Source: Chiloscyllium plagiosum (lineage: Eukaryota). From it: DNA of 64,000 nucleotides. Position 1 is the stretch's first letter, and every line of letters begins with the position of its first letter. This document shows, one piece after another, positions 13,865-25,137 of this stretch. The position numbers and the translations under genes are program-made. Under the pieces are notes generated by a model, which did not search any database, had not been told where the DNA came from, and was given only the letters and a program-made list of their open reading frames with translations. The DNA is taken from assembly GCF_004010195.1 (NCBI RefSeq), contig NC_057719.1, positions 4,116,897 to 4,180,896 of the forward strand, read 5' to 3'.

Positions 13865-15300
13865 TAGTCATACAACATTGAAAAGACTTGGCCATGCTGA
13901 CCAGACATCTCAATCTGACCTATTTTGCAGCATTTGGCCAATATCCCTCTAAATCTTTCCTATTCGTTTTCCCATCCAGATGCCTTTTTAAATATTATAC
14001 ATGTACCTGCCTCTACCACTTTCTGTGACAGTTTGTTCCATGCACGCACTACCCTCTGCAGGTAAAGGTACCCCAGAGGTCCTTTTTAAATCTTTCCTCT
14101 TTCACCTTAAACTTATGTTCTCTAGTTTTGGACTGCTCCACTTAGAAAAAGACCATGGCTATTGACCCTGTCCATGCCCCTCATAATTTTGTAAACCTAT
14201 ATAAGATCACCCCTTAGCTCCAAGGAAAGTAGCCCCAGCCTATTCAATCTCTCCCTACAACTCTCAAACCCTGCAGTCCCAGCAACATCCTTAAGTCTTT
14301 TCTGCACCCTCTCAATTTTAACAACACCCTCCCTATAGAAGGGTGACCAGAATTGAACACAGTATTCTAAAAGAGGCTTCACCAATGTCCTGTGCAGCTG
14401 CAACATGACATCCCAACTCTCATGCACTGACCAATAAAGGCAAGCATGTCAAATTCCTTATTCATCCCCCTGTCCACCTATGACTCCATTTTCAAGGAAC
14501 AATGCACCTGCACGCCTGGGTCTCTTTGTTCAGCAATATTCCCCAGAAGTCTATCATTAACCAGATAAGTCCTGCTATGGCTTGCCTTACCAAATAGTAA
14601 CACCTTGCATTTATCTAAATTAAATTCCGTCTGCCATTCCTTGGCCCATCTGATCAAGGACACGTACCCTGAGGAAAAACTACTTCACTGTCCACCACAC
14701 CATCCTATTTTGGTGCCATCTGCAAACGTTCTAACCATATCTCTTATATTAGCATCCAAATCATCTATCTGAACGATGAAAACCAGTGGATTCCTGTGGC
14801 ACACTGCAGGCCAGTGAAAAGCAACCCCCTACCACTACCCTCTGTTTCCTATCTTCAAGCTAATTTTGTATCCAATTGATTAGCTCCACCAGGATTGAAC
14901 CTTAGTAACCAGTTTACCATCCGGAACCTTGACAAATGCTTTGCTAAAGGTCTCACAGACAGCGTCTACTACTCTGCCTTCGTCAGTCATCTTTGCCATC
15001 TCTTCAAAAGGCTCAGTCAAGTTAGTGAGAGCCTATTTCCCATGCACAAAGCCATGTTGACATGCCTTTCCAAATGCATGTAAATCCTGTCTCTCAGAAT
15101 CCCCTCTGACAATTTACCTGCCACTGACATAAGGCTCACCAGTCTCTCGTTCCATGGCTTTTCCTTACAACCTTGCTTAAAAAATGGCATCACGTTAGCC
15201 ACCCTCCAGTCTTCTGGCACTTACCTGTGGCTGTCGTTGATACAGATACTTCTGCCAGGGGCCTAGCAACCTCTTCCCTTTGGGAAATACCTGGTCAGAG
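13865..15300 (-). mobile_element. CR1/HER1-type LINE, degenerate RT and 3' end
   Basis: ORF pieces PEDWRVANVMPFFKQG, WQTEFNLDKCKVLLFG, LVKPLLEYCVQFWSP. Confidence 0.9.
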
Positions 15301-17161
15301 CCAATAAGCTATGCATCTTTTCCAGTTGCTTCAATTGTAATTATCTAAAGTGTAATTTGTATTTAAACAGGGTGCCCTAGAGCAGAGGGTGCGTGACCCT
15401 TTTCTGATCTTTATTTCTTAATGCTGCATTACAGTATGCCACCAAGAGACAGTCATACAGCACAGAAGCAGACCCTCCTAGACCAACCAGTCCATGCCGA
15501 ACATAATCCCAAACTAAATTAGCCCCATTTGCCTGCTTGTGGCCCATATTCCTTCAAACCTTTCCTATTTGTGTACTTATCCAAGTGTCTTTTAAACCTT
15601 GTACCCATATCCATCGCTTTCTCAGGAATTCATTTCATATACGTGCCACCTTCTGTGTAAAACTGTTTGCCCCTCATGTCTTTAAATCTCTCTCCTCTCA
15701 CCTTAAAAATGTACCCCTGTAGCTTTGAAAGCCCGCATGCTAGGGAAAAGGCACCTACCATTAATCCTATTTATACCTTATGATTTTAAAAACCTCTAAG
15801 GTCACCTCTCAACTTCCTACACTCCAGTGAGAAAAGTCACAGCTATGTAGACTTTCTTTATAACTCAAACCTTCCATACCCGGCAACATGCTAGTAAGTC
15901 TTTGCTGAACCCTGTCCAGCTTAATAATATCCTTCCTATAACTGTTTGATCAGGACTGGACGCAGTACTCCAGAAGCGTTCTCACAATGTCCTGCACAAC
16001 CTCAAAGTGAATTCCCAATTCCTATACTCCAAAGGACTGAGCAATGAAGGCAAGTGTGCTCAATGTCTTTTTAACTATCCTGACTATATGTGATGCAAAC
16101 AGTCTGAATTATGTACATGAAACTGTTGTACAACCCTACCTAATGCCCTATCATTACTTGTAAAAGTCCTATCCCTGTTTGTTGTACCAAAATATGTTTA
16201 TCCAAATTGAATGCCACCTGCTATTTTTCAACCCATTGGCCCATTTGACCAAGATCCCTTTGTAACCTTAGAAAATTACTTTCACTGTCTTCTGTAGCAC
16301 CAATTTTGATATCCTGTACGAACTTACCAATCATGCCTTCTATATTCTTATCCAAATTATTTATGTAAGTGACAAACAAAAATGGACCTAAAACCATCCC
16401 TGTGTCACATTGCTAATGATAGGCCCCCAGTCTGAAAAGCAACCCTCCCATCACTACTGGCAGGCCCACCCTGAATCTTGTGTGACCTAAATTTACTAAT
16501 TATTCTACCATGTGGAACTTTGTCAAAGGCTTTACTAAAGTCCATGTAAACAGCAACAACTGTTCTGCCCTCATCAATTCTTGTTAACTTCCTCAAAAAA
16601 CTCAATCAAGTGAAATATTATTTCCTTTACGTAAAGTCATGCTGATTATCCCTAATCAACTTTGTTCCTCTAAGTGTCTATAAATCCTATCTATAAAATC
16701 ACCTCCAATAATATACCCACAACCGATGTTCGACTCTCAGGTCTGTAGTTCCCTGGTTTTCCTTACAATGCTTCTTAAACAAAGGCACAACTTTAGCCAC
16801 CCTCCAGTCATCACACCACCTCACCCACAGTGTTAGATGATGCAAATATTTTTGCAAGGGACCTGACAATTTCCTCCCTTACTTCCCACAATGTTCTGGG
16901 ATACATTAGATCAGGTCTAGGAGATTTATCCACCTTTATATTCTCAAAAGACCTCCAGGGCTTCCTCTTCTGTAATGTGAACTATTCTTATTGATATTTA
17001 TATCTCTGCATTCTCTAGCTTCCATTTCTCTCTCCACAGTAAAAACTGGAATGAAATATTCATTTTAGTATTTTCCAGGTCCTGGAGTTCAACACAAAGA
17101 CACCCTCCTTGATCTTTAAGGGGCCCTGTCCTCTTCAAGTTACCCTCTTACTCTTAATATA

Positions 17162-17485
17162 CAGGTACACCATCCTTTATCTGAAATCCGAAAAGCTCAG
17201 AAATCTGAAGTTTATCTTGTCAAGCTTATATCTCCATAATTTTGTTTGGCGTGCAAACAGTGAACCCACTCAACCCACGTGACTCAGATGTAACATGGCG
17301 GCATGGCCCAGCACTGGTAGGCCTCAATTCTGTCTCCGGGCTCGTACTACTCACAGGTGCATTTGCTGTTTGGTAAGATTTTTAAAATTTCACTGTTAAA
17401 CTGTCACTTATTCCAAAATCTGAACAACTCTGAATTCCGAAAACCAGCTGGCTCTGAGGGTTTTGGATAAAAGATTTTGTACTTG
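17162..17485. mobile_element. Tc1/mariner-type (Tigger-like) MITE
   Basis: TIRs caggtacaccatcctttatc / gataaaagattttgtacttg, flanked by TA; removing it restores the CR1 sequence ctcttaatata|cttgtagaat. Confidence 0.75.
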
Positions 17486-18154
17486 TACTTGTAGAATCTC
17501 TTTCTACTATCTTTCATCTTATCTGCCGATGTCATATCCTCTCTCTTTTCCTGATTTCTTTCTTAAGAATGGTCTGTACTCTCTATATTGATGTTAGAGA
17601 TTTATTTGAATCAAATTGCTGATATCTGAATTAAGATTTTTTTTTAAACTGTTGACTAGAACATCAGTATCTTTGGTGATCCATTATTCCTTAATCTTAT
17701 CAGCCTTACCCTTCACTCGAACAGAAACATAATGCCTCTGAATTCTTGTTATTGCATTCTTGACAGCCTCCCACTTGTCAGATGTCCTTTTTACTGCAAA
17801 CAGTCCAATCAACTTCTGAAAGATCATGTCTCATGCCTATTAAAATTTGCCTTGCTCCAATTAATAACTTTAACTTTTATGGAAGGCTTATCCTTTTCCA
17901 TACCATTTTGAAGCTAATAGAATTATGATTGCTAGACCCAAAGTGTTCCCTACTTTTACTTCAGTTACCTGCCCTACCTTATTGCCCAAAAGGAGGTCAA
18001 GTTTTGCGCCTTCTGTATTAGGATCATCCACATACTGATAAGTTTGAACATATTTGACAAATACTTCACCATCCAAACCTTTTAACACTACTGTAGCCCC
18101 AGTCAATGTTTGGAAAATTAATATCCCCATCATTACCAACTTATTATGCTTGCT

Positions 18155-18577
18155 GTTGTGGTTCTGTTCGCCGAGCTGGGAACTTGTCTTGCAAACGTTT
18201 CGTCCCCTGTCTAGGTGACATCCTCAGTGCTTGGGAGCCTCCTGTGAAGCTCTTCTGTGATGTTTCCTCCGGCATTTATAGTGGCCTGTCTCTGCCGCTT
18301 CCGGTTGTCAGTTCCAGCTGTCCGCTGTAGTGGCCGGTATATTGGGTCCAGGTCGATGTGTTTGTTAGAATCTGTGGATGAGTGCCATGCCTCTAGGAAT
18401 TCCCTGGCTGTTCTCTGTTTGGCTTGCCCTATAATGGTAGTGTTGTCCCAGTCGAATTCATGTTGCTTGTCATCTGCGTGTGTGGCTACTAAGGATAGCT
18501 GGTCGTGTCGTTTCGTGGCTAGTTGGTGTTCATGGATACGGATCGTTAGCTGTCTTCCTGTTTGTCCTATATAGTGT
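18155..18577 (-). mobile_element. 5'-truncated Penelope-like element (family A): GIY-YIG C-terminus plus hammerhead-containing 3' end
   Basis: Reverse complement encodes HYIGQTGRQLTIRIHEHQLATKRHDQLSLVATHADDKQHEFDWDNTTIIGQAKQRTAREFLEAWHS; 14-bp TSD ttattatgcttgct at 18141-18154 and 18578-18591. Confidence 0.9.
18191..18230 (-). ncRNA. Minimal type I hammerhead ribozyme motif
   Basis: Reverse complement GCA-CUGAGGA-U-GUCACCU agac AGGGGAC-GAAA-CG-UU-UGC. Confidence 0.75.
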
Positions 18578-18965
18578 TTATTATGCTTGCTTATATCTGA
18601 GATCTCCCTATATATTTGTTTCTCAATTTCCCTTTGACTATTGGGGGAGCCTATAGTACAGCCCCAGCAAGGTGATCAATCTTTTCGCATTTCTAATTTC
18701 ATATATTTTCACTTTTTTGAACGACATGCAGTCTATGGGGGTGTGGATACGCCCATAGGAAGTCAGTTCGGTGATTTTGACGCAATGTCAATGAAGGAAT
18801 GGCAATGTAGATCCAAGTCAGGATGATGTGTGGTTGGAGGCAATTTATGGGTGGTGGTGTTCTCGTGTTTCTGCTGCCCTTGACCACCTAGGCAGTGGTG
18901 GTTATGAGTTTGGAAGGTGCTGTTGAAAAGGCCTTGGAGAGTTGTTTCTCATTCAGAAAACTTGA

Positions 18966-19184
<219 letters not shown>

Positions 19185-19552
19185 TAAGAATATCACGCTA
19201 AGTCACTTGGTATTTCTTTCTGAAATTGTGTAGAGACATTATGCTTGTGTGTCTTAAAGAGCCCTTTGGAGCCACCCAGTGGCTGTATAATGGTATGCTC
19301 AATTGGATTTTTAAAAACTTAAACACCCCTTCTTTCGTCCTGAAGTTGCAGATACATTCGAAGAGACAGGCAGGTCTGTTATGCTAACAGTAGTCACTAG
19401 TGTGTGAGCCCATACCGCTAGTCTCTGCACACGAATTAATTGGACTTCCTCCACCTTTTTCCCCACATTCCTGACAATTTTTTGTTTATCTGGTTCTGCA
19501 CAAACTCTGCTATTGTCTCCGTTAGCACTTAGACAGTATATTCTAAATCCTA

Positions 19553-19664
19553 GCAGAAAGTGAGGACTGTAGATGCTGGGGATCAGAGCTTAAAAATGTG
19601 TTGCTGGAAAAGCGCAGCAAGTCAGGCAGCATCAAAGGAGAAGGAGAATCGACATTTCGGGCAT
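19553..19664 (-). mobile_element. PLE 3'-end short insertion (family B)
   Basis: gaaagtgaggactgtagatgctgg...gaatcgacatttcgggcat; probable TSD aatccta at 19546-19552 and 19665-19671. Confidence 0.8.
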
Positions 19665-20573
19665 AATCCTAACCAGTTTATGCGTTGGCAAAGCTCATTT
19701 GAGTTCTGAGGTGTACCTGGCACCAAGAATTGCTGTAGGCATCTGTGATTTGCTAAACTTAAGTGCCTGACTTCAGTGGCAGTGGTTGAAATGATTGGGA
19801 GAGAATCCTCCTTGGCTGAGTCTGAAGAGAATGCTACAATACAGAAAAGGAGAGCACTCAGCCCATCAAGTCTGTGCCAATCTTTTGCAAGATTGTCAAA
19901 TAATCTCATTCTACTGTGCTTTCATTTTCATCTTGGAACCTTTGCAGTTATTTATTCAGTTTTCTTTTGAAAGTTACATTTGAATCTGCTTCCATCACAC
20001 ACTCGGACAGTGTGTTCCGGGTCTCTAAATGGTACAGAACGTTCAACTTATTTAGTGACTTTGTTTTGGAACCCTTTTTCTGATGTGAGCTTTAGAAAGG
20101 GGCTCCTCCTGTGGCACAGTGGGATGTAACCAACACAGTACAGAAATGCCTTAGATCGAGAAGTGCTGGAGTAACCAATCTAATTGTAGTTGGGGCTACC
20201 ATTAGTCAGTGCGAAAAGTTTGAATGGGGAGGGAAATATTCCAGGCTACCTACTGTATTGCTGTCAAGCACCTTCTGCTTGTCTGTCCATGTGAACGTTT
20301 CATAAGCACTACACTTTCTACAGTAGTAGATATTGAATTGCTAAAGTTACAAAGCTAGCTTTTCCTGGTGTCTCCCTTTTGAGGCATAAGCAAGATCAGT
20401 AACTCTGATTACAAGGATTTGTTTGCAATGAACTCCATCAAAGTACTACTGTTCTGTTGAGGGGAGGGGGAAATGATTAGCCGAAGCTACTGGAATTGTT
20501 TTGAGTCTCCAAATAGTTCATTAGAATGGGAGATGTTGAGGTTTGGAGCAGTCCATTTACCCATCTCGATATG

Positions 20574-20889
20574 CAGGTCAGGATTTCTTTAGCTGAAAAC
20601 TTCAGAACCAGCTACATTTCAGATAAAGGATATTTGTGGCTTCTTGATAGAAGTTCATTCGGGCCTTTTGGAATAAGAGCTTCACTTGGCCCAAATGAAT
20701 ATGTAGACACAGCTGAGTCCGGGCCTCTGGGTCCAAATACTTTTAGGTCCACTTGGGCCAAACTAAGTATTTTTCCAAAGGGCCTGAACTTAGCATGTCT
20801 ATAAGTCTGTCTGGGTGGTCTTCAAAAAGCCCTTCAGTTTTTTAGATCTTTTTGGTTTTCAGGCATTCAGGTAAAGGATACCTGATATG
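20574..20889. mobile_element. Degenerate MITE-like element
   Basis: Imperfect TIRs caggtcaggatttctttagctgaa / ttcaggtaaaggatacctgatatg. Confidence 0.45.
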
Positions 20890-21716
20890 TACCTGCATTA
20901 GAGGCAGTATAGTCAAAGTTCACTAGACTGGTACCTGGGGTGTGTAGTGAATAAATTGAGTGAAGAATGAGTTGCTCGATAAAACATAGAAGCTTCTGAA
21001 GAAACTTGATAGGATAGACACAGACAGGTTGTTAGAGCTGGCTGGGAAATCTAGAACGCTTGGGTCAGGTGGGGTAGTGCCATGAGGGGCTTAATCTGCA
21101 TAAAGAGTCAATCATTTTGATGAGAAATGTGTTCACTCAAAAGGTTATATATCTTCAGAATTTTTTAATCCAAAGGTGGGTTGCTCCTCCATTTTTAACT
21201 GCATTTAAGGCAAGAATATACAGAATTTGATCTCTTTGGGAATGAAGAGATATGGTGACTGAGAAAGTTGAAGCCCATGATTAGTCATGATTGTATTGAA
21301 GGATGGCATATGCTCAACAGGCTGAATGGTCTACAAATCTGTCGCTTGTGGCAAGTGACAGAATTTTTAAATAGAGGATATCTTGGCCTTTTTTTCATTC
21401 TAAGATGGGCTTAAATGTCGCAACCACCACAAGACAATGTTTCTTCATTTATTCTAGGATTGCCTGCCCAATTTTGATGCTATTATTTGTTGCATTGTGC
21501 AAAGTATGATATATACAGTATCTGCACATATTCAGTGAGTGTCTCAACTAGCACAATTGTTTCTTGTTAACTTTGGATTTTTTGAGGTTTTTTTAATTCA
21601 CTCATGGGATGTAAGCATTGCTGGCTGAGCCAGCATTTAATGTCCACCCTTTGTTGCCCTTGGACATCACTGAATAGCTTGCTGTGGTTCTGTTTGCCGA
21701 GCTGGAAGTTTTTGTT

Positions 21717-21756
21717 GCAAACGTTTCGTTCCCTGGCTAGGCGACATCATCAGTGC
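21717..21756 (-). ncRNA. Minimal hammerhead ribozyme motif (left arm)
   Basis: Reverse complement GCA-CUGAUGA-U-GUCGCCU agcc AGGGAAC-GAAA-CG-UU-UGC. Confidence 0.7.
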
Positions 21757-22004
21757 TTGGGAGCCTCCTGCGAAGCGCTTCTTTGATGTTTCCTCCGGTG
21801 TTTATAGTGGTCTGTCCCTGCCGCTTCCGGTTGTCAGTTTCAGCTGTCTGCTGTAGTGGTTGGTATATTGGGTCCAGTTAAGGCTGGGCACAATATACCA
21901 ACCACTACAGAGGACAGCTGAAACTGACAACCGGAAGCGGCAGGGACAGACCACTATAAACACCGGAGGAAACATCAAAGAAGCGCTTCGCAGGAGGCTC
22001 CCAA

Positions 22005-22044
22005 GCACTGATGATGTCGCCTAGCCAGGGGACGAAACGTTTGC
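22005..22044 (+). ncRNA. Minimal hammerhead ribozyme motif, sense to DICER1 (right arm)
   Basis: GCA-CUGAUGA(22008-22014)-U-GUCGCCU agcc AGGGGAC-GAAA(22034-22037)-CG-UU-UGC. Confidence 0.78.
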
Positions 22045-22623
22045 AACAAAAACTTCCAGCTCGACGAACAGAACCACAGCAACGAGCACCCGAGCTACAA
22101 ATCTTCGCACAAACTTTGAACTGAATAGCTTGTTAGGTCATTCCAGAGGCAGTTAAGGTTCACCACTTTTCTGTTGGTCTGACGTTAGTCCAGTCAAGGT
22201 AAGGATGGCAGTTTCTTTCCTTAACATACATTAATGGATTAGTGAGAGAGAATGGACTTACTTGAGATAGTCAACATGGATTTGTACAGGGGAGATCTTG
22301 TGTCTCAAATTTAATTGAGATATTGAGGAAGTGAAGCAGATGATTGAGGATAGGACAGTGGATGTTTCCTCTGTGGACTTCAGTAAAGTATTTCACAAGA
22401 ACATCAACTGTGGATTCATGGCCATCCTGAGACTTTTAATTCCAGATTATTTTGATATTGAATTCAAATTCCACCATCTGCTGTGGTGGGATCTGAACCC
22501 AGCTCCCCAAAGCAAACCATTACTTAGGTTTCTGGACTAACAATCCAGTGCTTGTGATATGTTAATCCAGAAGATTAAGTCACATGTGACTTGCAGTGAG
22601 TTGGTAGGTTGGATACAAAATTG

Positions 22624-22776
22624 AAAAATGTGTTGCTGGAAAAGCGCAGCAGGTCAGGCAGCATCCAAGGATTAGGAGAATTGACGTTTCGGGCTTATGC
22701 AGCCTGACCTGCTGTGCTTTTCCAGCAACACATTTTTCAGCTCTGATCTCCAGCATCTGCAGTCCTCACTTTCTCC
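22624..22776. mobile_element. Fold-back PLE short insertion (family B)
   Basis: ~43-bp inverted arms; 14-bp TSD tggatacaaaattg at 22610-22623 and 22777-22790. Confidence 0.85.
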
Positions 22777-23335
22777 TGGATACAAAATTGGCTTGGTCAT
22801 AGACAGAAGATTGTTGTGGAGGGGTGTTTTCTGACTAGAAGTCTGTGACCAATGGTGTTCCACAAGGATCAATGTGATACCTCTGTTTTGTAATGTTTAT
22901 AAATGATTGGATGAAAATATTGGTGGTCTGATTGGTAATTTTGCAGTCAACATGAAAATTGGTGGAGCTGTGGATAATGAGGAAGGTTGTCAAAGTGTAC
23001 AAGAGGACATAGATCAGTTGGAAAGTTAGGCAGAGAGATGGCAGAATGGAGCTTAATCTGGTCAAATGTGAGGTATTGCATTTAGGAGTAAACAATAAAT
23101 GACCAGACCCTTGGGGCAACACAGTGTTGTGAGAGTGGCAACACTAAGTGATAAAGAAGACATATGGCGTGCTTACCTTAATCAGTGGGGATCTTGATTT
23201 TAAAAATGGCGACTCTTGTTGCAGCTGTATAAGACTTTATTTAGGTAACATTTGGAGTATGTGTGTAGTTCTGGCTATAGGAACAATGTGGAGGCTTTAG
23301 AGAGTGTGCAAAAGAGGTTTATCAGGATTGGAGTG

Positions 23336-23666
23336 TGATGTGGAGGTGTTGGTGTTAGTACTGGGGTGGGCAAGGTCAGAAGTCACACTACATCAGATTT
23401 TAGTCCAACTGGTTTATTTGACATCTTAAAACTTTCAGCACTGCTTCTTTGTCAGGTGAAGTGAAGCAAAGCACACAGGCTTCTAATTTATCGGCGGAGA
23501 GATCAAAAGATCAAACAAATGCTGAGAGTGGAGTGTCGACAGGCTGAATAGTAAGTCTCTGTAGGTGATCAAAAGTGTCAGATGGTGTGAGTAAAGTGTT
23601 AACAGCTGAACAGCTAGTGAAGGAATGGTCAATAATCTGATTGAGGCAGAAGGACAATTACAAAAA
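23336..23666 (-). mobile_element. PLE 3'-end insertion (family D, older)
   Basis: Homologous to the 6507 and 62660 copies (tagtccaac..gtttatttg); 11/12 TSD aggatt(g/a)gagtg at 23324-23335 and 23667-23678. Confidence 0.7.
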
Positions 23667-24335
23667 AGGATTAGAGTGCATAAAGAGGGGTTGGGCAAAC
23701 TTGCATTGTTTTCACTTGAATGGTGGAGGCTGAGGGATAGAAGTATATAAAATGGAGAGATATGGGTAAGGTGGATAGTTTTTTTTCTCCTCGAGTGGAA
23801 ATGTCAAATACTACAGGCATAGCTTTTAAGGTGGGGGGAGTTTAAAGGAGATCTGAAGGTTTTTTTACACAGACGGTAGTAAGTGTTTGGAAGACTTTGC
23901 AAGGGAGGAAGCAGAAGGGTAGAAGCAGATAAGATAGCAACATTTAAGAAGCATTTGGACAGACACCTGAACAGTCAGGGAATAGAGGCAGGTGGGCCAT
24001 GTACAGGAGGATGGGATTAGTTTAGAATGGCATCATAGTCAGTGCAGCCATGATGGCCAAAGGGTCTGGTCTTGTGCTCTACTGTGCTATGTTCTAGATG
24101 AGTTTTTACTAGAATTAACAATGTGGTCATCATTAGACTTTTAACTCCAGAACATTTATTGAATTCAAATTCTACCTTGTGGAATTTCAATACTGGTCCC
24201 CAGAACATGACTAGCAATCCAGAGATGCTGGTAAAGAGGCAATACCACTTGGCCACTTATAAATATAACAACAAATTTTAATATATTCAACTATTTTGTA
24301 GCTTGCAGATTAGCAACCTGAATTTCTAAATGTAA

Positions 24336-24509
<174 letters not shown>

Positions 24510-25137
24510 TAGGTTGGAGTGAGATTGTTTAATGAGATCGCTGTGGATCAGGTTAGATGCTACCAGTGAATTTGGATTCTAAACTGATGGTTGTGGTTGG
24601 GGAAAAGACTGAAATGTAGTTGAATTAGATCGGGCTCACTTTCAATGGTAAACCATTTAAACGGAATCTCTTTCTTTCTTTCCCTGGATGAGGATATTAC
24701 TGGCTAGGCTAGCGGTAATTGCCCAGAGGGCAGTTGAGAGTCAGCCGCATTGGTGGTCTGGAGTCGTATGTAGTCCAGACCAGATAAGGTCGGCAGTTTC
24801 TTCCCCTAAAGGGCATTAGCGAACTAGATGCGTTTTTACTGATAATTGACAATGGATTCTGGGTCATCATTATACTCTTAATTCCAGATTTTTTTCTTTG
24901 TCAAATTGAATTCCATTTCTACCATCTGTCCTGGATTTGAATAGCAAAAATATAATGAGCCATGTAGGCCATATACTTCCATTTGTCCGAATCCACAGAG
25001 TTGTTACTGAACAACACTATGGGTGCTCTTGCGCCACATGGACTGTGGCATTTCAAAATGATAGATCGCCACCTTCCTAAGTTTAGGAATGAGCAGTAAA
25101 TAATGGCTTTGCCAGTCATGTCCACATACTATGAATT

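Larger units (their letters stand above)
15450..18690 (-). mobile_element. CR1/HER1-type LINE (EN+RT remnant) hosting a MITE and a PLE
   Basis: VYMDFSKAFDKVPH (16405-16605 ORF); endonuclease remnant EGAKLDLLLGN (17888-18139 ORF). Confidence 0.9.
21682..22119. mobile_element. Fold-back Penelope-like element (family A), ~192-bp inverted repeat, inserted in a SINE
   Basis: Arms 21679-21870 and 21891-22082, about 5 mismatches by eye; 13-bp TSD actgaatagcttg at 21669-21681 and 22120-22132. Confidence 0.92.
22240..24095 (+). mobile_element. CR1-type LINE (RT and 3' end), degenerate, with nested insertions
   Basis: VDFSKVF motif, gttccacaaggatca (VPQGS), 3' tail ctgtgctatgttcta. Confidence 0.8.

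Noticed and set aside
21679..22082. Canonical pre-miRNA or MITE interpretation of the hairpin
   Set aside because: Arms are homologous to the GIY-YIG-linked PLE at 18155, the right end extends asymmetrically, and the 13-bp TSD fits retrotransposition; far longer than a pre-miRNA
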